Under the pieces are notes generated by a model. The model had not been told where the DNA came from, ran no database searches, and worked only from the letters and a program-made list of their open reading frames with translations. Positions 1 through 7,551 of a DNA stretch of 10,068 bases are shown here, in pieces; the stretch's first letter is position 1, and every line of letters starts with the position of its first letter. The DNA is from Calditrichia bacterium (GTDB lineage Bacteria; Calditrichota; Calditrichia; RBG-13-44-9), in NCBI GenBank assembly GCA_037381445.1, contig JARRQT010000068.1, forward strand, positions 16,293 to 26,360. Direction: 5' to 3'. The position numbers were made by a program, and so were the translations under genes.

Positions 1-46
1 ATATTATCGGGACATTGACCTCAACTTTTCTTGTATCCTCTTCCAT
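1..46 (-). CDS. Possible 5' end of a divergently transcribed gene running off the left edge (MEEDTRKVEVNVPII...)
   Basis: ATG at 46-44 is preceded by an in-frame TAA (55-53) and stays open to the window edge. An AT-rich intergenic stretch (47-203) separates it from sucA. Only 15 codons are visible and there is no clear SD. Confidence 0.4.
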   Translation of the reverse strand, partial: MEEDTRKVEVNVPII

Positions 47-203
47 AACTGCTTAAATTTGTTACTAATAAATGAATTGCAGCATTTTAATTTGATCCTC
101 GGTGTGCTGTTGTTTGAATATTGAAACTTATGCGTTGCTTTTGCATAGGAATCTAAGGAGTGTAAACGATTTAAAAATTTAAATAAAGGGTCTTATTTTT
201 AAA

Positions 204-2915
204 ATGGAAGATCTTTCTTATATCTATCACGCCCATCCCCAGTACGTGGAATCTCTTTATCAGGACTATCTGGACAATCCGGAATCCGTGGAAGTGGGAT
301 GGCGGAAGTTTTTTGAGGGTTTTGATTTTGCAGTTTCCTCGGATGGAAAACCCGGCAGGGCCTCGGAACATATCCTCAAGGAAATCAAAGTGCTGAACCT
401 GATTCAGGCCTACCGTTCCCGGGGCCATTTGTTTACCCAGACCAACCCGGTGCGGACCCGACGGCAATACCGCCCGACGCTGGACCTGGAAAATTTCGAT
501 CTCGGAGAAGAGGATCTGGATATTGAATTTCAGGCGGGCACGGACATTGGCATTGGAACCGCTACGCTCCGGGACATTGTTAGCCATTTGAAGGAAACCT
601 ACTGCCGCTCCATCGGTGCGGAGTTTACCTTCATCCGTGAGCCGGGGAAGGTGTGGTGGCTCAAAACCAAAATGGAGTCATCGAAAAATACACCCTCTTT
701 CAGCATAGAGGAAAAACGCCACATTCTGGAAAAATTAAATCAGGCGGTAGTATTTGAGAATTTCCTGGACGCCAAATATGTGGGTCAGAAACGCTTTTCT
801 CTGCAGGGAAATGAAACCCTCATTCCCGGGCTCGATGCCATTATTGAAAAGGGCACCGAAATGGGGATCGAGGAATTTTTTATCGGTATGCCGCACCGCG
901 GACGGCTCAATGTTCTGGCAAACATCCTGAATAAATCCTATGAAGAGATTTTTACGGAATTCGAAGGCGAGGAATACGCCGATTCGGTTTTTGCCGGCGA
1001 TGTAAAATACCATCTCGGGTACACCAGCCGGGTGAGAACTGCCCGGGGAACCGAAGTGCAGTTGTCCCTGGCGCCCAATCCCTCCCATCTGGAATCCGTG
1101 AACCCGGTGGTGGAGGGAATGGTCCGGGCGAAACTTGAGCAGCGCTTCAAAGATGATTATACCCGGATTGTGCCGATCCTCATTCACGGGGACGCCTCCA
1201 TGGCGGGGCAGGGAGTGGTCTACGAAGTCATCCAGATGTCCCAATTGCCCGCCTATCATACCGGCGGCACCGTGCACCTGGTTATAAACAACCAGTTGGG
1301 CTTCACCACCAATTACCTCGAGGGGCGGTCCAGTACCTACTGCACCGATGTGGCTAAAGTCACCCTTTCTCCTGTCTTCCACGTTAATTCTGATGACGTG
1401 GAGGAAGTTGTTTATGTTATTCAACTGGCCATGGAGTACCGGCAGATTTTCCATACCGATGTGTTTATCGACCTTCTGGGATACCGCAAATACGGCCATA
1501 ACGAAGGAGATGAACCGCGTTTCACCCAGCCCAAACTTTATGATATCATCGCCAAACATCCCGATGCCCGAGAGATTTACAACCGCAAGCTGCTACAGAG
1601 CGGAAGCGTGGAACGGGGATTGGCGGAAGAGATGGAGAAAAAATTCCGGGAAACCCTTCAGAATCGCCTGGACTTCGTGAAAGAAAGGAAAAAGCCCGAA
1701 AAGGGACAGGAGGTCACCGATACCTGTGATGAATTGAAACGGCCGGCGGAGTTTGATTATGAATCGCCGCTGAAGACCAGCGTGGATGAGAAGACGCTGC
1801 TGGAAATCGGCAGGAAAATTCTTACCATACCGGAAGACGTCAAAGTATTCCGGAAAATCAAAAGGCTTTATGACGCTGAAAAGAAGAAATTTCTGGAGGG
1901 GAAAACCGCTGATTGGGCCATCGGGGAATATCTGGCTTACGGAACACTGCTGAATGAGGGAACTTCCATCCGGCTGTGCGGACAGGATACGGTGAGAGGG
2001 ACCTTTTCCCACCGGCACGCCGTTCTGCTGCGCGAGGAAACCGAGGAGCAGTATGTGCCGCTTTCCCGCGTGGAAAATAATGGGGCCAGATTCCGGATTT
2101 ATAATTCGCTGCTATCCGAATATGCGGCGCTCGGCTTTGAATACGGCTATGCCTGCGCCACGCCGCATGGTCTGACCATCTGGGAAGCCCAGTTTGGCGA
2201 TTTTGCAAATGGCGCCCAGGTGCTCACCGATGAATATATTTCCAGCGCGGAGGCCAAATGGAAGCGGGTCAACGGGCTGGTTCTATATCTGCCCCACGGT
2301 TTTGAAGGGCAGGGTCCGGACCATTCTTCTGCAAGGATGGAACGGTATCTGACCCTGTGCGCGAAAAACAATATGGTGGTGGCAAACTGCACCACGCCCG
2401 CGAATTTTTTCCATCTGCTGCGCCGCCACATGAAAATGCCGTTTAGAAATCCGCTGATTATTTTTACGCCAAAGAGTCTGCTGCGCCACGCCCGCTGCAT
2501 CAGTCCCATCGGGGACTTCTCACAAAAAGAATTTCAGCCGGTAATCAATGATGAATTTGTGAAGCCCAAAGAGGTGAAGCGGGTGCTGTTTTGCACCGGG
2601 AAAATTTACTATGAGCTTCTGGAACGCAGGGAACAGGACAAAAGAAACGATGTGGCAATTGTGAGAATCGAGCAGCTTTATCCGCTTCCGGAAAAGAATC
2701 TGAAGAAAATTCTGGAAAAATATGAGGCTGCGGAAAATCTGTTCTGGGTGCAGGAGGAACCGGAAAATATGGGCGCCTGGTCATTTTTGCTGCGGAAATT
2801 CAAGCTGGCCCGGCTCGGGCATATTGCCAGGCAGGAGAGCGCCACCCCCGCAACCGGATTCCATCGTCAGCATGTGGTGGATCAACAGGCAATCATCGAC
2901 AGGGCCTTTGAATAA
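204..2915 (+). CDS. sucA: 2-oxoglutarate dehydrogenase E1 component
   Basis: 903 aa ORF with OGDH E1 motifs: N-terminal YVESLYQDYLDNPESV..W..FFEGF, LIQAYRSRGH, YVGQKRFSLQG, GMPHRGRLNVL, GDVKYHLG, NPSHLE, ThDP-binding HGDASMAGQG...NNQLGFTT, GHNEGDEP, RGTFSHRH, WEAQFGDFANGAQ, LPHGFEGQGPDHSSAR, WVQEEPENMGAW. Confidence 0.98.
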   Translation: MEDLSYIYHAHPQYVESLYQDYLDNPESVEVGWRKFFEGFDFAVSSDGKPGRASEHILKEIKVLNLIQAYRSRGHLFTQTNPVRTRRQYRPTLDLENFDLGEEDLDIEFQAGTDIGIGTATLRDIVSHLKETYCRSIGAEFTFIREPGKVWWLKTKMESSKNTPSFSIEEKRHILEKLNQAVVFENFLDAKYVGQKRFSLQGNETLIPGLDAIIEKGTEMGIEEFFIGMPHRGRLNVLANILNKSYEEIFTEFEGEEYADSVFAGDVKYHLGYTSRVRTARGTEVQLSLAPNPSHLESVNPVVEGMVRAKLEQRFKDDYTRIVPILIHGDASMAGQGVVYEVIQMSQLPAYHTGGTVHLVINNQLGFTTNYLEGRSSTYCTDVAKVTLSPVFHVNSDDVEEVVYVIQLAMEYRQIFHTDVFIDLLGYRKYGHNEGDEPRFTQPKLYDIIAKHPDAREIYNRKLLQSGSVERGLAEEMEKKFRETLQNRLDFVKERKKPEKGQEVTDTCDELKRPAEFDYESPLKTSVDEKTLLEIGRKILTIPEDVKVFRKIKRLYDAEKKKFLEGKTADWAIGEYLAYGTLLNEGTSIRLCGQDTVRGTFSHRHAVLLREETEEQYVPLSRVENNGARFRIYNSLLSEYAALGFEYGYACATPHGLTIWEAQFGDFANGAQVLTDEYISSAEAKWKRVNGLVLYLPHGFEGQGPDHSSARMERYLTLCAKNNMVVANCTTPANFFHLLRRHMKMPFRNPLIIFTPKSLLRHARCISPIGDFSQKEFQPVINDEFVKPKEVKRVLFCTGKIYYELLERREQDKRNDVAIVRIEQLYPLPEKNLKKILEKYEAAENLFWVQEEPENMGAWSFLLRKFKLARLGHIARQESATPATGFHRQHVVDQQAIIDRAFE

Positions 2916-2937
2916 AATTGCGCCGGCTGTTCCGGAA

Positions 2938-2954
2938 GGCAGGAAAGTCCTGCC
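2938..2954 (+). other. Intercistronic hairpin between sucA and sucB
   Basis: GGCAGGA-AAG-TCCTGCC is a perfect 7-bp inverted repeat with no poly-U tail (followed by GTTGTG). Confidence 0.5.
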
Positions 2955-2991
2955 GTTGTGAGAGTCCCAGTAAAAACAGAAGGAAGAAATC

Positions 2992-4398
2992 ATGAAATCG
3001 GAAGTGAAAATACCTGAAGTCGGGGAATCCATCAGTGAGGTTACCATTGGTCAATGGCTGAAAGATGACGGGGAGCATGTCGATGTGGATGAGGTCATAT
3101 GCGAAATAGAATCCGAGAAAGCGACACTGGAAATCCGGGCTGATAAAGCCGGTAAACTGAAAATTCTGGTGAATGCCGAAGAAACGGTTCCGGTTGGTGA
3201 GAAAATTGCTGAGATCGATACCGAAGCGGAGGGTGAAGAGGCCGGGCCATCGGAGGAGGAAAAGAAAGCGCCCGAGAAGGAAGAGAAAAAGGAAGTCAAA
3301 GAAGAAGCGGAGAAAGCGGAATCCGCGGGGGAGGAAGTTGAGGAAGCCGCAGGGGAAGGACCTTCGGAAGAAGAGGAGACCGTTCCGGAAGAGGAAGCGG
3401 AAAGCCGGAGGATATCTCCGGTGGCCTCCAAAATGCTGAAGGAAGCCGGCATTTCTCCCGAAAAAGTGAAGGGTAGCGGCGCCGGCGGTCGCGTCACCAA
3501 GTCCGATGCCCGGGAAGCCATCGAATCTGCTGAAGAATCAGCCAAGAAAGCGCCGAAAGAAGAAAAGGCGGAAGAAAGAAGAGAAGCAAAGGAAGAAAAG
3601 GAAGAAAAAGAAGCCGAGGCCGAGAAAGCGCCACAGCCGCAGGTGGTTGGCGAGCCCCAACCTAAATTCATGAAGCCTTCCGGAAAGCCGGAAGGGGAGC
3701 GGACGGAAAATCGCAAAAAGATGTCAACCCTTCGCAAGACCATCGCCAGACGTCTGGTCGCCGCCAAAAACGAAACCGCCATGCTCACCACTTTCAATGA
3801 AGTGGATATGTCCGCCATCATGAAAACCCGCGCGACCTATAAAGATGCCTTCCAGGAAAAATACGGTATTCGATTGGGATTTATGTCCTTCTTTGTAAGG
3901 GCCTGCTGCATCGCATTAAAAGAATTTCCCCGGGTCAACGCGACCCTGGAAGAGGATGAAATTGTTTATCACGATTACTGCGATATTTCCATCGCGGTCT
4001 CTACGCCCAAAGGGCTGGTGGTTCCGGTTATCTTCAATGCGGAGGAGATGAGCCTGGCCCACATAGAGGCATATGTTGCCCATCTGGCGGAAAAGGCGCG
4101 CGACAACAAATTGACAATTGAAGAGATGACCGGCGGGACATTTTCCATTACCAACGGAGGCGTATTCGGATCGCTGCTCTCCACGCCTATCCTCAATACG
4201 CCGCAGTCCGCCATTTTGGGAATGCATAAAATTGAAGAGCGGGCGGTGGTGATAAATGGCGAGATTGTCATCCGCCCCATGATGTATGTCGCCCTGAGCT
4301 ACGACCACCGCATCATCGACGGAAAAGAATCGGTGAGTTTTCTGGTACGCCTGAAGGAACTGCTGGAAGACCCCTCCCGAATGCTGCTGGAAATTTAA
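2992..4398 (+). CDS. sucB: 2-oxoglutarate dehydrogenase E2, dihydrolipoyllysine-residue succinyltransferase
   Basis: 468 aa. Single lipoyl domain ([12 protein letters not shown]...EIESEKA), Glu/Ala/Lys-rich linker, E3-binding domain (ISPVASKML...[12 protein letters not shown]), second linker, catalytic domain ([47 protein letters not shown]). Directly downstream of sucA with purine-rich AAGGAAG upstream. Confidence 0.98.
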   Translation: MKSEVKIPEVGESISEVTIGQWLKDDGEHVDVDEVICEIESEKATLEIRADKAGKLKILVNAEETVPVGEKIAEIDTEAEGEEAGPSEEEKKAPEKEEKKEVKEEAEKAESAGEEVEEAAGEGPSEEEETVPEEEAESRRISPVASKMLKEAGISPEKVKGSGAGGRVTKSDAREAIESAEESAKKAPKEEKAEERREAKEEKEEKEAEAEKAPQPQVVGEPQPKFMKPSGKPEGERTENRKKMSTLRKTIARRLVAAKNETAMLTTFNEVDMSAIMKTRATYKDAFQEKYGIRLGFMSFFVRACCIALKEFPRVNATLEEDEIVYHDYCDISIAVSTPKGLVVPVIFNAEEMSLAHIEAYVAHLAEKARDNKLTIEEMTGGTFSITNGGVFGSLLSTPILNTPQSAILGMHKIEERAVVINGEIVIRPMMYVALSYDHRIIDGKESVSFLVRLKELLEDPSRMLLEI

Positions 4399-4421
4399 GT
4401 ATTATTCCAAATGTCGTCAGC

Positions 4422-4462
4422 ACAAAAAATAGCCCCGGTGAATTTTTCCCGGGGTTTTTTGT
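4422..4462 (+). terminator. Rho-independent terminator of sucAB (possibly bidirectional)
   Basis: Stem AGCCCCGG (4431-4438) / CCGGGGTT (4449-4456) runs into a T6 tract (4455-4460) and is preceded by an A6 tract (4424-4429). The feature starts 24 nt after the sucB stop. Confidence 0.88.
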
Positions 4463-4589
4463 TAGCATGGAAGATAAAGATTTGCCGAGCGAACTGTGCC
4501 TGCCACGAAAATATTTTTAATGATTCCATTTCGCCGGGAAACCTGTTATTTTCAGGAATGTTACTTTCATTTACACTATTGAGAAGTTA

Positions 4590-4595
4590 AAGGAG
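4590..4595 (+). promoter_or_regulatory. Shine-Dalgarno site of the M28 peptidase gene
   Basis: AAGGAG ends 6 nt before the ATG at 4602. Confidence 0.75.
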
Positions 4596-4601
4596 TCTGT
4601 A

Positions 4602-6014
4602 ATGAAACGGGGAATCGTTGGAATTTTCCTTTTTTTGATATTTTTTGTTTCCCTGGCTTTCGCGCAGGAAACAGCACAACTAAACGAGATTGTTGGTTCG
4701 GCTTACCTCGAGAACCATTCTTACCAGGTATTGGAAAGAATATGCGACGAAGCTGGCGGCCGGCTCGTCGGTTCGCCATTGAATGAAAAAGCGCAAAATA
4801 TTTTGAAGGAAGAGCTGGAAAAAGATGGCTGGCAGGTCAAGTCTGAGAAGTTCAGTATTCCCGGGTGGGTTCGCGGGGATGATGAGGTGCTAATGACGGC
4901 TCCCGCACGACGCCGGCTTCAGGCGGTGGCGCTGGGCTATGTAGGACAAACGCCGGCCTTCGAGGCGCCGGGGGTTTATGCGGCCTATGGATTTCCTGAA
5001 GATTATGAAAATGTGGATGCGAAAGATAAAATTGTGCTGGTTACTTCCGAAAAGCCGGAAGGCAAAGAAGGACTCCTGCGTCAGGAAGCCATCGAAATTG
5101 CCGCAGACAAAGGCGCCCGCGCCATCCTGTTCATAAACACCAAACCAGGGGGGCTCAATCTGGCCGGCACCGGCGACTTTCAGGGAAATCCCACCAGGAT
5201 ACCGGCCTTCAGCCTGACCATGGAAGAGGGGCAATGGCTGCAGCGTCTGCTGGAAAACAATATTCCGGTAAAGCTGAGTATGACGGTCCGCTCCCGCAAT
5301 CAGCCGGTGGAAACATCCAATATTGTTTTGACCCTGCCGGGAAAGGTTAAAAAGAAGATTGTTGTCGGTGCTCATTTCGACTCGTGGGACCTTGGCCAGG
5401 GCGGAATTGACAATGGGCTGGGTACCGCCATATTATTTGATGCGGCCCGCCTCATGAAAAAATTCAGCCCGCAGAACTACTACACCGTGGAATTCGTCTG
5501 GTTTAATGGGGAAGAACTGGGGCTATGGGGATCGAAAAAATATCTGGAAATGCACCGCGGTGATGATATTGCAGCCATGATAAACATGGATATGACCGGA
5601 ACGCCCGTGGGATTTAATGCCATGGGATTCGATGAGCTGGTGCCGTTTCTGCAAAACCTTGAGAAGCAACTGCCCGGATTTGATCTTTCCCGGGGCGTGA
5701 TGAACCGTCCGTGGACCAACAGCGACAATCAGCCCTTTATGCTGGAAGGCATTCCCACCATTTCTCTGCTGGGCCATCTGGACGATGAAATGGTGAAATA
5801 TTATCATACCCGCGCCGATACTTATGACAAAGTCAATAAGGAGTACCTATCTGACGCGACAGCGGTGGTCACGGTATTACTGAAGGAACTTGCTAATGAT
5901 GAACAACTGCCGCTTAAAAACAAGAATAGCGATGAAGTTGTAGAGATGCTGAAAAAATATCACCTGGATAAGCGGCTGAAGCACCAAAAGGAATGGCCTT
6001 TTGGCAACAGGTAA
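4602..6014 (+). CDS. Secreted M28-family zinc metallopeptidase with PA domain (carboxypeptidase Q/aminopeptidase-like)
   Basis: 470 aa. Sec signal peptide (MKRGIVGIFLFLIFFVSLAFA|QE), GGRLVGS and WVRG N-terminal motifs, PA insert (YGFPEDY..DAKDKIVLV..GARAILF), di-zinc motifs GAHFDSWD..GGIDNG, GEELGLWGS, NMDM and YYHT. Confidence 0.9.
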   Translation: MKRGIVGIFLFLIFFVSLAFAQETAQLNEIVGSAYLENHSYQVLERICDEAGGRLVGSPLNEKAQNILKEELEKDGWQVKSEKFSIPGWVRGDDEVLMTAPARRRLQAVALGYVGQTPAFEAPGVYAAYGFPEDYENVDAKDKIVLVTSEKPEGKEGLLRQEAIEIAADKGARAILFINTKPGGLNLAGTGDFQGNPTRIPAFSLTMEEGQWLQRLLENNIPVKLSMTVRSRNQPVETSNIVLTLPGKVKKKIVVGAHFDSWDLGQGGIDNGLGTAILFDAARLMKKFSPQNYYTVEFVWFNGEELGLWGSKKYLEMHRGDDIAAMINMDMTGTPVGFNAMGFDELVPFLQNLEKQLPGFDLSRGVMNRPWTNSDNQPFMLEGIPTISLLGHLDDEMVKYYHTRADTYDKVNKEYLSDATAVVTVLLKELANDEQLPLKNKNSDEVVEMLKKYHLDKRLKHQKEWPFGNR

Positions 6015-6092
6015 TTCGATGTGCGATCGGTCGATTTAAACCGGAATAGAGTAGCTTTTAGAATATCTCGGAAATTCATTGAAGGAGAAAAG

Positions 6093-7271
6093 ATGAAAAA
6101 AGTATTGTTGATTGCGTTGATTGCAGTTCTGTGGATCGCCTCCTGCGAAAACAGCGCAAAGAAGGCACAGCAGATGTCCGAACAGTATCAGGCGATGAAC
6201 GCCAAATACCAGCAGCAGCTCCTGCTTGCGCAGAATGATTCCACTTACCGCAGCACTATTCAGGAATGGAATAATACCCGGCAGCAAATGCTTGAGAAAT
6301 ACAAGAATGCCAAATCTACGCCGCAGATCGAACTGCTGCGCAGTGAACTGCTGGTCGATTTGGGCCGCTATGGCGAGGCCATGCCCAAACTGAACCAGTT
6401 GATTGAAGAGAATTCGCCGGTGACCGATCAGGCAAAATTTGAAAAGGTGAAGGTTTTGCAGGAACAGCATGACATGAAGGCGGCATACACTTTATTTAAA
6501 GAGATTGAGGGCCGGGTCGAGAAGAACAACAGTTACTATGAAGTGCTGATGAATTTCGCCTTTGAAGCGCCGGAAACGGCGGCGCGTGAAGCCTACACCA
6601 ATCAATTGCTGCAGACCAAAGATCTGCCGGAAGATATTGCCCGCTATGTGCCTTATCTGTATGAAAATTTGGCTTCCATTGCACGGGAAAAAGGAAATGT
6701 GGAGGAGTCCCGGAAAATCCTGCAAAACGGGATCAGCACGCTGGAGGCGCAGGGAAGGGACGTTGCCTCCCTGGAATCCACGCTGAAAATTACCGATATG
6801 ATTGGCAAACCTGCGCCGGTACTGACTGCCAAAAACTGGGTGAATTCGCGGCCGCTGAACCTGAGAAGTCTGAAAGGAAAAGTAGTGGTGATCGATTTCT
6901 GGGCAACCTGGTGCGGACCCTGCCGGGCGGTTATTCCGACCATCGTAAAAGATTATAATGAATATAAAAACAAGGGATTGGCTGTGATCGGCTACACCCG
7001 CCTCTACGGCCGCTACAGCGACGATACGCAAAGGCTGGGTACAGTGCCCCCGGAAAAAGAACTTCGTTTAACGAAGGAATTTCTGAAACGCCACAACATG
7101 GACTATCCTGTTGCCATTGCCGAGAATACCGCCGGTTTCGATAAATATTCCATCCGGGGAATCCCGACCATGTTTTTCATTAACAAGAAGGGAATTATCA
7201 CCGACTTCAAGATCGGATCGGGGAACGAGGAGTTTATTACCGATAAAATTAAAGAACTGCTGGGCGCGTAA
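6093..7271 (+). CDS. Lipoprotein with helical/TPR-like N-terminal region and C-terminal TlpA/ResA-like thiol-disulfide oxidoreductase domain
   Basis: Start moved from the track's 6021 to ATG 6093 because of SD AAGGAG (6082-6087) and a lipoprotein signal MKKVLLIALIAVLWIAS|C, giving 392 aa. The C-terminus has IGKPAP, LKGKVVVIDFWATWCGPC and cis-Pro GIPTMFFINKKG. The middle has TPR-like helices (LLVDLGRYGEA, LASIAREKGNVEESRKIL). Confidence 0.88.
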   Translation: MKKVLLIALIAVLWIASCENSAKKAQQMSEQYQAMNAKYQQQLLLAQNDSTYRSTIQEWNNTRQQMLEKYKNAKSTPQIELLRSELLVDLGRYGEAMPKLNQLIEENSPVTDQAKFEKVKVLQEQHDMKAAYTLFKEIEGRVEKNNSYYEVLMNFAFEAPETAAREAYTNQLLQTKDLPEDIARYVPYLYENLASIAREKGNVEESRKILQNGISTLEAQGRDVASLESTLKITDMIGKPAPVLTAKNWVNSRPLNLRSLKGKVVVIDFWATWCGPCRAVIPTIVKDYNEYKNKGLAVIGYTRLYGRYSDDTQRLGTVPPEKELRLTKEFLKRHNMDYPVAIAENTAGFDKYSIRGIPTMFFINKKGIITDFKIGSGNEEFITDKIKELLGA

Positions 7272-7287
7272 AAGACTGCTTTTTCAA

Positions 7288-7350
7288 CTGGCGTAATGCA
7301 GGGCAGGGATAGATCATTCCGTGGTGGGGTCCCTGCTCCGCTTATGCCAG
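7288..7350 (+). other. Long intergenic stem-loop (structured 3' UTR, small RNA or REP-like element; class unknown)
   Basis: CTGGCGTAA (7288-7296) pairs with TTATGCCAG (7342-7350), GGGCAGGGAT (7301-7310) with GTCCCTGCTC (7329-7338), and inner ATCAT with GTGGT. The non-Watson-Crick pairs within these helices are G.U on the + strand. Confidence 0.6.
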
Positions 7351-7512
7351 GATGCACCAGTTCAATTTGTTAATCTTTTTGTTCATTAATTCCTCATCCT
7401 GTTTTTAAGCGATTAGTTCTCTCAAAATCATGTGAATCCTGCTTCTCTGTTGGGCTATCCCTTCCGAAAGCGATCCACGAGAAACCAAGCGGCAAAGCTG
7501 CAAAATTTATAC

Positions 7513-7523
7513 TGTGTTATCAT
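7513..7523 (+). promoter_or_regulatory. Candidate extended -10 promoter for the CMD gene
   Basis: TGTG-T-TATCAT resembles TRTGnTATAAT and ends 28 nt before ATG 7552. An overlapping TATACT lies at 7508-7513. No convincing -35. Confidence 0.3.
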
Positions 7524-7551
7524 CATCAATTCAACCATCAGGAGGTGAAAA

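Noticed and set aside
31..61. Bacteroidota-type promoter (TTG-N20-TAAATTTG)
   Set aside because: It is a single short match in AT-rich DNA overlapping a possible divergent gene start, and SD usage in the window argues against a typical Bacteroidota host.
129..147. Sigma-54 promoter suggested by TTTTGCA
   Set aside because: The -24 position reads TG, not the invariant GG.
735..1559. 274-aa antisense ORF and the other antisense or out-of-frame ORFs within sucA
   Set aside because: They overlap a motif-complete sucA, have no recognisable motifs, and are typical codon-bias shadows.
3051..3821. 256-aa Ser/Phe-rich antisense ORF and the Arg/Lys-rich ORF 3173-3439
   Set aside because: They are the mirror and shifted-frame readings of the GAA/AAA-rich SucB linkers.
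6021..6092. Upstream GTG start for the TlpA-like ORF
   Set aside because: It has no SD and would bury the lipoprotein signal. ATG 6093 has AAGGAG and a canonical signal.
7441..7501. c-di-GMP-I riboswitch or SRP RNA (GAAA and GCAAAGC words)
   Set aside because: The order and spacing of the conserved elements do not fit either family.
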